Shown here: positions 54,824 through 64,000 of the stretch, piece after piece | Layout of the letters: each line of letters begins with the position of its first letter | How positions within the stretch are numbered: position 1 is the first letter of the stretch | Source: Escherichia coli | Lineage (GTDB): Bacteria; Pseudomonadota; Gammaproteobacteria; Enterobacterales; Enterobacteriaceae | Length of the DNA stretch: 64,000 nt | Strand: one strand, 5' to 3' | Assembly: GCA_025336725.1 (NCBI GenBank) | Contig: GCA_025336725.1_3647.1 | Notes under the pieces: model-generated | What the model was told of the DNA's origin: nothing | What the model saw: the letters and a program-made list of their open reading frames with translations, nothing else | Databases searched by the model: none | Translations under genes and position numbers: made by a program

Positions 54824-55807
54824 ATGATGACAAAGTTAACTCTTGAGCAAATTTTAACACTAAAGCAACAGGGATACACTAATAGACAAATTGCTCGTGA
54901 ATTTTTAGGCCGTGAGTCACGTGAGAGCTGGATCCGACTACAGCTTAAACGTGCACAAGAGAATATGTCAGAGATTGTAGGAGAAGCAACGGAGCGCTTC
55001 CTTGAAGAGCACAAAGGCGCTAAAGTTTGGGTGTATGATACAGAGACATCCCCAACAAACGGCTGGTTCTTTGGGCACTATAAGACCAACATTCAAACCT
55101 GTGGTATTGAAGTTATGCCTTATATGCTAACTTTCGCAGGTAAGTGGTTAGACAGCCCTAGTGTGGTTGACTGCGCTCTTCCCGATTACAAAATGTGGAA
55201 TGAGGATATTCACAATGATCTCGAATTGATTCAGGATTTGTGGTATTATCTGGATAAATGTGATGTCGCAGTAGCCCACAATTCAGGTTTTGACTGTGGG
55301 TGGGCCAACCAACGATTTGCATTTCACGGGTTGCCGCCAACAAGCCCATACAAAGAGGTTGACACCCTCAAAATGATCAAGAAGGCATTCCGTTTGAATG
55401 CAAACACTTTGGAGTATGCATGCAAATACTTCCAACTTGCCAGACAGAAACTGATTGACCACACATTTGAAATGTGGATCAAGTGTGTTCACGGTGATCT
55501 TGAGGCGTTTAAACAGATGCGGGAGTACAATGTTGGTGATATCCTATCTCTGGAAGGCCTGTATTTGCTGGCTCGTCCGTTTGCTAAGCAGCACCCCAAC
55601 ATGTCATTGTACTACCAGGACGAGGAGCCAAAAGTTCGTTGCCCACGCTGTGGTGGAGAACACCTTCACGAGGAAGAAGCTTTGGCGTATACTCAATTGA
55701 GTGCATTTAAAACATACCGCTGCGAAGGTTGTGGATCTGTTGTTCGTGATCGTAACAACATCCGTACCAGAGAAGAAATGAAAAACACCCTGATTCAGAT
55801 AGTCTAA
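54824..55807 (+). CDS. DnaQ-like 3'-5' exonuclease with N-terminal HTH and C-terminal zinc ribbon
   Basis: 327 aa; HTH-like N-terminus (LTLKQQGYTNRQIAREF); DEDD exonuclease motifs VWVYDTETSP and VAHNSGFDCGW; C-terminal CPRCGG...CEGCGS. Confidence 0.5.
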   Translation: MMTKLTLEQILTLKQQGYTNRQIAREFLGRESRESWIRLQLKRAQENMSEIVGEATERFLEEHKGAKVWVYDTETSPTNGWFFGHYKTNIQTCGIEVMPYMLTFAGKWLDSPSVVDCALPDYKMWNEDIHNDLELIQDLWYYLDKCDVAVAHNSGFDCGWANQRFAFHGLPPTSPYKEVDTLKMIKKAFRLNANTLEYACKYFQLARQKLIDHTFEMWIKCVHGDLEAFKQMREYNVGDILSLEGLYLLARPFAKQHPNMSLYYQDEEPKVRCPRCGGEHLHEEEALAYTQLSAFKTYRCEGCGSVVRDRNNIRTREEMKNTLIQIV

Positions 55808-55815
55808 CAATTATA

Positions 55816-55843
55816 GGGAGGCTTGCGCCTCCCTTTTCATTTT
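55816..55843 (+). terminator. rho-independent terminator
   Basis: GGGAGGC-TTGC-GCCTCCC followed by TTTTCATTTT, immediately after the exonuclease gene. Confidence 0.75.
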
Positions 55844-55852
55844 GGAGGCACT

Positions 55853-56671
55853 TTGAGCAAGAAAGAGTCCAACGACAAATATTACACAAACCCTGAGTAT
55901 GCAGAATACCTTGTTGGTAAAGTAAAAGATAAGTATGGGAATTGTGCATACGTTGAGCCTTCTGCTGGAAGGGGTTCTTTTTCAAAACTATTTTCAGAGA
56001 TACTGTCGTACGATTTAGTACCAGATCCTGAATTTGAAGGACCAACACCGTGCATTCAGGCAAACTTCTTGGAGGTGTATCCCAAGGCAGATGTCTTCAT
56101 AGGTAACCCACCATTTGGCAAGAATTCATCCTTAGCTTGCAAATTCTTTAACCATTGTGCATCATTGCTGGAGATTGGAGGAGCTATAGCCTTCATCTTG
56201 CCACGGACATTTGAAAAAATATTTTTTGCAAACAAACTTAACCTGTCGATGCACATTGTCTACAGCGAAAGGTGCCCTAAGAACTCGTTTTTACTTAATG
56301 GCAAACCTTATGACGTGCCATGTGTTTTCCAAATTTGGGAGAAAAAGGCGTGCAATAGGGATCCTGTAGAGGTTGGAGAGAATAAGTTATTTTCTTTTAG
56401 CACTCCAGATGACTACGACTTCTGTGTAAGACGTGTTGGGTATAATGCTGGAAAAGTATTGGAGGAGGATGACCCAAAATCTGAAGAATCAACATATTTC
56501 ATAAAATCTTTAGTTGACGGTGTTGACAGAGTGTTTGCTGAATGCTATTCTTCCTTTCAAGAAGAAGCAGGTAAGACTGCCGGAATGAAGAGTATAGGTA
56601 AGAAAGAACTACAATACATTTTGGAGACTAGGTATGATCAAAAGCATAGACTTGACCAAAGAACTTACTGA
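55853..56671 (+). CDS. DNA N6-adenine methyltransferase (orphan)
   Basis: Motif I-like VEPSAGRGSF and catalytic motif IV NPPF (FIGNPPFG). Track ORF starts at TTG 55823 inside the terminator hairpin; a TTG at 55853 after GGAGG is the more likely start. Confidence 0.6.
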   Translation: MSKKESNDKYYTNPEYAEYLVGKVKDKYGNCAYVEPSAGRGSFSKLFSEILSYDLVPDPEFEGPTPCIQANFLEVYPKADVFIGNPPFGKNSSLACKFFNHCASLLEIGGAIAFILPRTFEKIFFANKLNLSMHIVYSERCPKNSFLLNGKPYDVPCVFQIWEKKACNRDPVEVGENKLFSFSTPDDYDFCVRRVGYNAGKVLEEDDPKSEESTYFIKSLVDGVDRVFAECYSSFQEEAGKTAGMKSIGKKELQYILETRYDQKHRLDQRTY

Positions 56672-57092
56672 TGCAAAAGCTTTTGGTGAGACAGCGGTAC
56701 AAAGGGGGCAGGCGATGGGACTGGCACTACCTTTCGTCTTAAAAGAGCACTTTACAGATTTTCAACTTATCAAGGGTGATAAGGGAATGCTTATTCTGGA
56801 GCATAAGTTGAGTAAGAAACGCTACAAAGTTGTTTTTAATTCTAAAGCCCCAACAAAACTAGGATTCAGAACTTACAATCTCAACCCATCCTACACCAAG
56901 GGTGTTGGAAGGGTAGAACAACAACATTTCAGTGCCAGAGCTTCTTTAGCCCCTTTGATGCTAAATTTCTCAGGGGTGGCTTTAGGATACCTTGATAAGA
57001 AAAGAGTTCTTCATGTTCGTTTCACAGACTTTGTAACGCTTTTAGCTAACAACGAGGTTGATGAAAAGGGACGTGTAAAAACAAACTTCTAA
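56634..57092 (+). CDS. hypothetical protein
   Basis: 152 aa ORF directly downstream of, and overlapping, the methyltransferase gene. Confidence 0.4.
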   Translation: MIKSIDLTKELTDAKAFGETAVQRGQAMGLALPFVLKEHFTDFQLIKGDKGMLILEHKLSKKRYKVVFNSKAPTKLGFRTYNLNPSYTKGVGRVEQQHFSARASLAPLMLNFSGVALGYLDKKRVLHVRFTDFVTLLANNEVDEKGRVKTNF

Positions 57093-57107
57093 TAACGCAT
57101 AGTATGA

Positions 57108-57311
57108 TTGGAGGCCACAATGACACTAAAGTTAACAATTCCAGACAGCTTTTCAGAAAACTTTATCCCAGAAATGATGGATAAGATGCGATCATTGCTT
57201 GATCAGATCGAGGAAGCTGTTTGGGAAGACGATGCTGTAGTGGCTAACGAGCTGGTAGATAAGTGTAAAAGTATTATTGATGCAGTTGAAGAATACCACG
57301 GAGGTTTTTGA
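57108..57311 (+). CDS. hypothetical acidic protein
   Basis: 67 aa ORF with GGAGG RBS. Confidence 0.4.
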   Translation: MEATMTLKLTIPDSFSENFIPEMMDKMRSLLDQIEEAVWEDDAVVANELVDKCKSIIDAVEEYHGGF

Positions 57312-58879
57312 TGGATATTATTGTTCTTAATGCACCACCGTGCTGCGTCCCGAGTGGTACAGAGTTCCTCACCAAATCCGGGTGGAAAAGTATAGAAGAT
57401 TTTGATAATGATTTCGTGGCGGTGTGCGATAAATTTGGGGCAATGCATTGGGAGATACCTGAATTTATTGAAGGCAATACTCCAGTTTTTGAAAAGGGCG
57501 TTTTTGCCACATGGTCTATGGTTTTAACACCTAACCACAAAGTTCTGTATGAAAACAGAAGAGGATCAAGAATTGCTAGAGAGTGGTCAGAGATAACTTT
57601 GGAATCCAAAACTGGCTACGATGGATATATACCTGCCACCTTCCATCAAGAGTCTGGAGAGGATGTGGACGATTTTGACCTGCTTAGAGTTGCAATCCTA
57701 GCAGACTCTTCTGAGGTTAAAAACCGAGAAGGTGTGTTAATGTTTAATATTAAAAAGGACCGTAAAAAGGAGAGGCTGCGATACTTATTTAAAAGAACTG
57801 GAGTAACCTTTTCCGAAAAAGAGTTTGAGAGTATGCCTGGTTACACCCGTTTTTTCATTCACAACAGCCCTTTCATGAAGAAAGATGGTATACCTAGCCA
57901 CTGGTGGAATCTCTCTTCCAAGGCCAGTGAAAAACTACTAAACGAGATGCTGAAATGGGATGGGTGCGAGAAATACAAATCTTTCTCAACCACTTCTAAA
58001 GAGGAGGCAGATCTATTTCAGCTTTTAGCAGCAAAATGTGGGAGAAAGGCCAAAATTGAAATAGATAACTACAAAAGGGAGTGTGATGAAGAGAGCAGAA
58101 CTCGTAGCGTTTGCTATGCGGTAAAAATTCTAAAGTCAGACTCTTATTCGATGCGTAAAAGTGGCGGATATGATAATCCCGATAAAGCTTTTCAACCTTA
58201 CAAAGAGGAGTTACCTGGGGGTAAGTGTTACTGCTTTACCACAACAACCGGATTTTGGGTGGCAAGACAAAACGGTATGGTGTTTTTAACAGGTAACAGT
58301 GGAAAAGACCATATTGCAGATCTCTTGTTGGAAGCTATTCCTAACTCACACCACCGTGAGGTTAAGGAGATGCTATTCAGTGTGGCAATTAAGGCAGCTG
58401 GTGTAACTCCTCAGCTCTGGAATGCACTTTATGACCGCCACTACAAAGAAGAGCCTTGCCCTTTCTTAATGATAGACGGCAAGCATGTTTCTCCGCGAGA
58501 ATGGATGATCCATTGTAGTGAAAATCTGATTAAACCTATCTTTGGTGAAGATGCTTTCGGTAAAGCCGCAGTCGCATCTTTGAAGAAAGATTTCCCTGAA
58601 GGTAAAGGGGTTATTGTTTACTCCGATGGTGGATTCAAAGAGGAGCTGGCATGCCTTAGTGAGTACGCATACAGCACAGGTGGAGATCTGTTGTTGTTCC
58701 GTATTCACCGTGTCGGATATGACTGGGGAAATGATTCCAGAACCTATCTAAGTCTGGAAAAGAACGGAATAAAAGGGATTGAGTTTGATGTTGTAAACCC
58801 TGAAGGTGCACCTTGGGAATGTGCATCGGAGATTGTGTGCAAGTATATTGATGCTAAAGAGGCACAAGAAGAATGTTAA
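57311..58879 (+). CDS. dNMP-kinase-like P-loop kinase interrupted by an intein
   Basis: ATG 57311 after GGAGG. Exteins MDIIVLNAPPC + SGKDHIADLL... reconstitute a T4 gp1-like P-loop (T4: MKLIFLSGVKRSGKDTTADFI); the C-extein (193 aa) has further kinase-like segments. Confidence 0.5.
   Translation: MDIIVLNAPPCCVPSGTEFLTKSGWKSIEDFDNDFVAVCDKFGAMHWEIPEFIEGNTPVFEKGVFATWSMVLTPNHKVLYENRRGSRIAREWSEITLESKTGYDGYIPATFHQESGEDVDDFDLLRVAILADSSEVKNREGVLMFNIKKDRKKERLRYLFKRTGVTFSEKEFESMPGYTRFFIHNSPFMKKDGIPSHWWNLSSKASEKLLNEMLKWDGCEKYKSFSTTSKEEADLFQLLAAKCGRKAKIEIDNYKRECDEESRTRSVCYAVKILKSDSYSMRKSGGYDNPDKAFQPYKEELPGGKCYCFTTTTGFWVARQNGMVFLTGNSGKDHIADLLLEAIPNSHHREVKEMLFSVAIKAAGVTPQLWNALYDRHYKEEPCPFLMIDGKHVSPREWMIHCSENLIKPIFGEDAFGKAAVASLKKDFPEGKGVIVYSDGGFKEELACLSEYAYSTGGDLLLFRIHRVGYDWGNDSRTYLSLEKNGIKGIEFDVVNPEGAPWECASEIVCKYIDAKEAQEEC
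57344..58297 (+). mobile_element. intein (Hint domain with LAGLIDADG-like endonuclease segment) in the kinase P-loop
   Basis: Starts CVPSGTEFLTKSGWKSIEDF (Hint block A), has TPNH (block B), LAGLIDADG-like LLRVAILADSS and FQLLAAKCG, ends ...MVFLTGN followed by Ser +1; 318 aa. Confidence 0.5.
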
Positions 58880-59466
58880 TCGGAATTGATGTAGATTTGA
58901 CACTGGTAGATTCAGGAACAGCATGGTGGGAGTGGTTGGAGCGTTTGTATGGTCCAGCCAGTAAGACAGTCGCTAAACCTTCTAACGGACTGATGTATTA
59001 CGATCTGTCAAAGTATTGGCCTGATCGCCCCAAAGAAAACATCATAGGGCCTTTTGATTTTTGGAGTGACCCGTTCCTCTACGACTTTCTTAAGCCTGAA
59101 GAGGGGGCTATTGAGGTTATGAAAGATTTGGTGGCTCGTGGTCACAAGCTTGCATTTATCTCGGTATGCAAGAAAGGTCACCTTGCATCTAAATCAAGGT
59201 TCTTAAAGCGTTGGACCAGTGATTTTATGGATCTTGACGATCACACCCAGGGCCACGGCTTCTACGCCACACATTTCAAAGGAAATGTGGCTGTAGATGT
59301 TATAATTGACGACAGGCATGAATACCTAAACCAATTCGCTTCACGACCTGAAGTTATTAAAATCCTAAAAGATACGCCTTATGAGCAATTCGAGGAGTTA
59401 AAGGTCAGTGTTGACTATACCGCTAATAGCTGGTATAAAATAGGAAAGTTTTTAGAAGGTATTTGA
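58873..59466 (+). CDS. HAD-superfamily phosphatase (probable 5'-deoxynucleotidase)
   Basis: 197 aa; N-terminal HAD motif I IGIDVDLTLVDS (DxDxT) and later Asp motif VIIDDR; sits among nucleotide-metabolism genes. Confidence 0.55.
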   Translation: MLIGIDVDLTLVDSGTAWWEWLERLYGPASKTVAKPSNGLMYYDLSKYWPDRPKENIIGPFDFWSDPFLYDFLKPEEGAIEVMKDLVARGHKLAFISVCKKGHLASKSRFLKRWTSDFMDLDDHTQGHGFYATHFKGNVAVDVIIDDRHEYLNQFASRPEVIKILKDTPYEQFEELKVSVDYTANSWYKIGKFLEGI

Positions 59467-59467
59467 A

Positions 59468-59668
59468 ATGGGCAGATGTTCTAAAGGTGGCGATCCTGTA
59501 GTCAGATACGGTGACTGGCTAGAGGTGTATGATCTGGGAGGTAAGCTGGTGTATGCCTCCAGGATCACCCAAGACATGTGCTCCGATATGTTCAACAGAT
59601 ACCTTGCATTTAAGGCCAACATAAACCCAGACGAAATTTCCAAAATTAAAACAAGGAGAGCTAAATAA
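59468..59668 (+). CDS. hypothetical protein
   Basis: 66 aa ORF between the phosphatase and thyX. Confidence 0.35.
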   Translation: MGRCSKGGDPVVRYGDWLEVYDLGGKLVYASRITQDMCSDMFNRYLAFKANINPDEISKIKTRRAK

Positions 59669-60651
59669 TGCTAAAACTGTGCACTGCAAAGATCATTGCT
59701 GACAGCATTTCCGAGAAAGGTAAGCGCATCACCACTTTTGAGCTAGAGTATCCTCGAATTATTCACTCAGAGCTTATGACGCATCGAGTATTCAGCCGAA
59801 ACGCCATGTCTTCCCGTGCAGTTCCTGTCGGCAAGATGCTGCAACAGATTGTGGAGAATCCTGCAATGCCAGTTCGCTTCGGTGCAAATAAGCGAGGGAT
59901 GGAAGATGGTGGGGAACACGATCAAAAGATCCGTGTAGAGTACACTGACATGGAGTTAACTCCTGAAGAATTTTGGAAAGAAGCTGCAAAAAACGCCGCT
60001 TGGCATGCAGAGAAGTTCGCACTTGCTGGTTACCATAAGCAAGTATGTAACCGCTTAGTGGAGCCTTTTCAACGCATGAAAACAGTTGTAACAAGCACCG
60101 AGTGGAATAATTTTTTCCACCTCCGTTGCTGGCACGATGCGGATCCTACGATTCAGATGTTGGCTAATTGTATGTGGGAAGCTCTTGTGAATAGCACCCC
60201 TGAGATCCTTAAACCAGGTCAATGGCACACCCCATATGTAGAGCACGTTTATTTGGACGGAGAGTTTAACTACGCTGTACGTGACACAGAAGGAAAGCTC
60301 TGCATCCTCGATACTAAAGAAGCTCTGTCTATCAGTGCTAGTTGCTGTGCACAAGTATCTTATCGAAATATTGACAGCACGTTTGAAAAGGCAGACAGTG
60401 TGGCTAAAAAATTGATTGGTGGGGATCGTATTCATGCAAGCCCTTACGAGCACCAGGCAACACCTATGGATCACGATAACGCAATGGAACGTTTAAACTA
60501 CTATCTATCTTCATGTGAAATCACACAAGACAGCTGTGTTTGGCAGGAAGGTGTAACCCATCAAGACCGTGATGGTAAATTCTGGTCTGCCAACTTTTGT
60601 GGGTGGGTTCAGCACAGACAACTGCTTAATAACCACTTCGTGAAAGGTTAA
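59668..60651 (+). CDS. thyX: flavin-dependent thymidylate synthase ThyX-like
   Basis: 327 aa; TFELEYPRIIHSELMTHRVFSRNAMSSRA matches the ThyX signature region (..[30 protein letters not shown] in T. maritima); longer than typical ThyX. Confidence 0.6.
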   Translation: MLKLCTAKIIADSISEKGKRITTFELEYPRIIHSELMTHRVFSRNAMSSRAVPVGKMLQQIVENPAMPVRFGANKRGMEDGGEHDQKIRVEYTDMELTPEEFWKEAAKNAAWHAEKFALAGYHKQVCNRLVEPFQRMKTVVTSTEWNNFFHLRCWHDADPTIQMLANCMWEALVNSTPEILKPGQWHTPYVEHVYLDGEFNYAVRDTEGKLCILDTKEALSISASCCAQVSYRNIDSTFEKADSVAKKLIGGDRIHASPYEHQATPMDHDNAMERLNYYLSSCEITQDSCVWQEGVTHQDRDGKFWSANFCGWVQHRQLLNNHFVKG

Positions 60652-60680
60652 TCCTATCACAGCGATAGGTAACTTCTGTG

Positions 60681-60709
60681 TTGACTAATACTATCAGATA
60701 ATCTATAAT
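60681..60709 (+). promoter_or_regulatory. near-consensus sigma70-like promoter
   Basis: TTGACT (60681-60686), 17-bp spacer, TATAAT (60704-60709); preceded by hairpin CCTATC-N5-GATAGG. The -10 abuts the first ATG of the downstream ORF. Confidence 0.5.
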
Positions 60710-60710
60710 A

Positions 60711-61211
60711 ATGGCTCACTTTGTTGGTGAGCCAGAAATGGAGACAGATATGAGTAATGTTATGATTCCTAAAAAGACATTTATTTCAGTTACTTTAGAT
60801 TTTCTATCTACCGTTCCCGGGTTTAACGTTCGCACACGAAACGGTCTCCGAGCTGCACTCTTTGCCATAGGGTTTGATTTAAAAAGTATTGATGTTCTTC
60901 GTGGAAAAAACGTTCGATGCAGAAATAAGCCAACACATTATCGAAAGACAGATGTATTTGCTGGTGTCATGCGTGCAGACTTTAGATACCCACAAATGTA
61001 TAACGGTGTAGATATTTTAGATGTAGATAAAGCACCCGGTGAGGCAATGCTTGTTCAAGATCTTCCGTATGATATCCCTGTAGAGGATCGTGTTAATGTA
61101 AGAAAGTATACAAAACAATCTGAAAAGGCTGAAGATATTCATATTGTTGATGAACCTTTCAATTTTGAAGATCTGCATCGCCTGGAAAAATTATTCGGTA
61201 TTGAAAGCTAA
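60711..61211 (+). CDS. hypothetical protein (start probably at internal ATG 60738 or 60750)
   Basis: 166 aa ORF; first ATG lies one nt after the -10 hexamer, so a downstream start with GGAG RBS is more plausible. Confidence 0.4.
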   Translation: MAHFVGEPEMETDMSNVMIPKKTFISVTLDFLSTVPGFNVRTRNGLRAALFAIGFDLKSIDVLRGKNVRCRNKPTHYRKTDVFAGVMRADFRYPQMYNGVDILDVDKAPGEAMLVQDLPYDIPVEDRVNVRKYTKQSEKAEDIHIVDEPFNFEDLHRLEKLFGIES

Positions 61212-61221
61212 GGTGGTGAAG

Positions 61222-61452
61222 ATGAGTCATAACTCCAAGTGGAAGGATCTTGGTTTTGCAAGTCGGGCAGAATATGTTGGTTGGCTTTGGTTCAACGGTC
61301 TGACAAACGATATTAAAATGTATGATGATGTTTATTATGACGAGTATACAGGTAAAATTATAAATATCTCTGTAGAAGAGGATACCTTTACTCGGCAAGA
61401 TACTGATACCTGCCTTGATAAATACGTGGATGAAGTGGAGGAAGCAAATTGA
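61222..61452 (+). CDS. hypothetical protein
   Basis: Track ORF 61144-61452; likely start ATG 61222 (MSHNSKWKDL...) with AAGGTGG RBS; about 76 aa. Confidence 0.4.
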   Translation: MSHNSKWKDLGFASRAEYVGWLWFNGLTNDIKMYDDVYYDEYTGKIINISVEEDTFTRQDTDTCLDKYVDEVEEAN

Positions 61453-63764
61453 TCACCAAAGTAATTAAAAGTAACGGATGTGAAGTTGAATTCGATCCAG
61501 AACGTTTAAATAAGGCAGCTATTTTCGGTGACGACGGTAACGGCAATTGGTCACATATTGCAATGGATGCATACAAACGTCTGTATGATGGATGCACAAC
61601 CAAAGAAGTTAACCAAGCTATTATAGATTCATGTGTTAGCCGTAAAGACGAAGCACATTCCCGTATGGCTGGTCGTGTTCTTATTGGTCAGATCTATAAA
61701 GAGGCTTTTGGAGGGTTTACAAAGATCCCTTCCTTACCATCATTCTACAATACCATGGTTGAGAAAGGGTATTGGGAGGATATGGGTTATAGCTTTACTG
61801 AGTTAAACACTTTAAACACTGTTATTGATCACAGTAAAGATCTCGGTTATGGCTATGCAGTCCTTAAACAGTTTCGTGACAAATACGGGATCAAGGATAC
61901 TCTTAAAGACACCCTGTTTGAATCTCCCCAGATGATGTTTATGGGGATAGCAATGGCTGTAATGAAGAATATGCCTAAAGAACGCCGTATTAACGATGTT
62001 GTAAAATTATACACTTATCTGTCAGACTTAAAGATCAATGCCCCGACACCGTACTTAAACGGTCTACGCACAGGCAAGACAGGGTATGCATCTTGTTGCG
62101 TAATAAAAGCTGACGATACAGCAAAGTCTATTGGTGTGGCACGTGAAGTTGCTTACACAATGACGGTTAACCAAGCAGGCATTGGCTACTATTTATCGTC
62201 AAGATCTGCAGGTGATGGTGTTCGTGGTAACACGATTAAACATATGGGAAAGCTCCCATATTATCGTGGTATTGATGCTGGGGTTAAGGAGAATAGACAA
62301 CAATCCCGTGGTGGTTCGGCAACAGTGTCATTCCTTGCACTGGATCCTCAGATTGATGAGCTAATCCGTTTGAGAAACCCTATGACTGTTGCTTCAAAAA
62401 GAATCAACACTATGGATTATTCCATAGGTATTAATAGGTCGTTTATCAACCGTGTGGCTAAAAATTTAGATTGGATGCTTGTTTCTTATAAGCACGCACC
62501 TCAGCTGCATGAAGGCATCTTCACCATGTCTATGGAGGAGTTTGATGCAGAGGTTGATCGGATCGCTAAAGATGACAGTATTCCTAAAACATGGATCCGT
62601 GCTAGAGATCTTGCTGCTGAACTTATCACGCAGCGTACTGAGGTAGGAAGACTGTATGTATACTGGACAGACGAGATGAATAGGCATACACCTTTTAAAG
62701 ATGTAATCTATTCAAGCAACCTGTGTGCAGAGATAGCCCTTCCGACAAAAGGCTATTCAGATATGCGTAATATCTTCAAGTATGATGCTGATGATGGTGA
62801 GGTTGCATTGTGCTTCCTATCATCTCTTGTAGCTGGGAGGGTTACCCCAGAGGAGTATGAGGACGTTGCATACTACACGGTGCTTATGATTGACAATGTT
62901 ATGGAAATCATGACATATCCGTATGAAAATATGGAGAGCACTGTTAAAAAACGCAGATCCATCGGGGTTGGCCTTACCAATGTTGCACATTTTATTGCCA
63001 GCCACAAGGTTACTTACGGATCTCCTGAAAGTAAACAGCTTGTTCACGATCTTGCAGAACTCCACAGCTACAGCTTGCATAAGGCAAGTTTACGGTTGGC
63101 AAAAGAGCGTGGTGTCTGCGAGTGGATGCATAAAACAAAATATCCAGAAGGTTGGTTACCAATCGACACCTATAACAAAGAGGTCGATAGCGTGGTGAAA
63201 GATCCTTCTCTTAAACAGGATTGGGAAGGGTTACGTAAAGAAATAATTGAAAATGGTGGGCTACGTAATAGCGTTCTTGAAGCATATATGCCTAATGAAA
63301 GCTCTTCGCTGGCAACAAACACCACTAACGGGGTTTATCCTGTCCGTGAGCACATTATCTTTAAAAAGTCGCCACAAGGGCAGGTGCTGTTTATCGTTCC
63401 TGACTATGATGAGTTGAAAGAGTATTACACTTCGGCTTGGGACGTTGATACTAACGACATGATCGATATGTATGCTGTGATTCAAAAATTCACAGGTCAG
63501 GCAATCAGCGCGGATTTATACATCGACTACACCAAGTTGAAAGATGGTAAAATTTCAATGAAGGAGCAGCTGGGTTACCTTATCCGTGCTACTAAATTCG
63601 GGATGAAGACATGGTATTATTTAAACTCCAGGGTTGGTGCTGGTGACTCCTTGGCAGAGGAACTTCATGCCAAGAAACAGGCTGAAGATGAAACCAGAAA
63701 GAACTATCCTTTGATTGCAGATAGTTCAGTTGAAGATCCGTATTGCGAAAGCTGTGCACTATAA
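61449..63764 (+). CDS. nrdA: ribonucleoside-diphosphate reductase alpha subunit (class Ia)
   Basis: 771 aa; active-site SNLCAEIALPT...EVALCFLSSL as in E. coli NrdA (SNLCLEIALPT...EIALCTLSAF); N-terminal ATP-cone-like segment; C-terminal CESC pair. TTG start with GGAGG RBS. Confidence 0.9.
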   Translation: MITKVIKSNGCEVEFDPERLNKAAIFGDDGNGNWSHIAMDAYKRLYDGCTTKEVNQAIIDSCVSRKDEAHSRMAGRVLIGQIYKEAFGGFTKIPSLPSFYNTMVEKGYWEDMGYSFTELNTLNTVIDHSKDLGYGYAVLKQFRDKYGIKDTLKDTLFESPQMMFMGIAMAVMKNMPKERRINDVVKLYTYLSDLKINAPTPYLNGLRTGKTGYASCCVIKADDTAKSIGVAREVAYTMTVNQAGIGYYLSSRSAGDGVRGNTIKHMGKLPYYRGIDAGVKENRQQSRGGSATVSFLALDPQIDELIRLRNPMTVASKRINTMDYSIGINRSFINRVAKNLDWMLVSYKHAPQLHEGIFTMSMEEFDAEVDRIAKDDSIPKTWIRARDLAAELITQRTEVGRLYVYWTDEMNRHTPFKDVIYSSNLCAEIALPTKGYSDMRNIFKYDADDGEVALCFLSSLVAGRVTPEEYEDVAYYTVLMIDNVMEIMTYPYENMESTVKKRRSIGVGLTNVAHFIASHKVTYGSPESKQLVHDLAELHSYSLHKASLRLAKERGVCEWMHKTKYPEGWLPIDTYNKEVDSVVKDPSLKQDWEGLRKEIIENGGLRNSVLEAYMPNESSSLATNTTNGVYPVREHIIFKKSPQGQVLFIVPDYDELKEYYTSAWDVDTNDMIDMYAVIQKFTGQAISADLYIDYTKLKDGKISMKEQLGYLIRATKFGMKTWYYLNSRVGAGDSLAEELHAKKQAEDETRKNYPLIADSSVEDPYCESCAL

Positions 63765-63771
63765 TTTTAAA

Positions 63772-63790
63772 GGGGCTTCGGCCCCATTTT
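63772..63790 (+). terminator. intercistronic hairpin between nrdA and nrdB (attenuator or weak terminator)
   Basis: GGGGC-TTCG-GCCCC followed by ATTTT, then the nrdB RBS AGAGGTAGAATA. Confidence 0.4.
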
Positions 63791-63801
63791 AGAGGTAGAA
63801 T

Positions 63802-64000
63802 AATGGCTGTATTTAATGCTGAGAACACCGCTCATAAAACTGGTGACTATCCGCTGTTTCTGGGACAGCAAATGGGCATGTACGACTCTATCAACAAAAA
63901 ATATCCACAACTGTTTGAACTATACAAAAAACAAAAAGAGCAAGATTGGGCAGAGGATGAAGTGGATTTGTCGCAATCTATTTCAGATTTTGTAACATGC
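63802..64000 (+). CDS. nrdB: ribonucleoside-diphosphate reductase beta subunit, 5' part (continues beyond window)
   Basis: N-terminus MAVFNAENTAHKTGDYPLFLGQQMGMYDSINKKYPQLFELYKKQKEQDWAEDEVDLSQS parallels E. coli NrdB (..[44 protein letters not shown]). Confidence 0.8.

Overview
This window is a 64 kb slice of a large virulent tailed phage with a contractile tail; the layout resembles rV5/phi92-like myoviruses (inference, no search run). Bases 1-39,130 (minus strand) carry the late structural module: at least five tail fibre/tailspike genes, a P2/Mu-like baseplate (I-like, J-like, gpV-like spike), tape measure, tail chaperones, tube and sheath, a lambda-like head set (decoration, major capsid, scaffold, portal), large terminase and a spanin pair, separated by rho-independent terminators. 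Bases 39,509-40,316 hold a minus-strand tRNA cluster (Pro, Met/Ile, Thr, Ser, Tyr, Arg plus one aberrant tRNA-like element) with a sigma70-like promoter. Bases 40.4-43.9 kb hold small minus-strand genes, a 109-nt assembly gap, and a non-coding island with four tandem 17-bp palindromes beside a winged-helix gene. Bases 43.9-64 kb (plus strand) carry early and nucleotide-metabolism genes: Rnl1-like RNA ligase (divergent from a kinase and a metallophosphatase), Sir2-like protein, DNA ligase, lambda R-like endolysin, HNH endonucleases, 5'-3' and 3'-5' exonucleases, resolvases, N6-adenine methyltransferase, an intein-containing dNMP-kinase-like gene, HAD nucleotidase, ThyX, NrdA and NrdB. Several genes (terminase, large tail fibre, tape measure, HNH, resolvases) are split by frameshifts or an in-frame stop, which together with the N-run suggests draft-assembly errors rather than biology. 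All calls rest on reading motifs in the supplied translations; no database search was possible.
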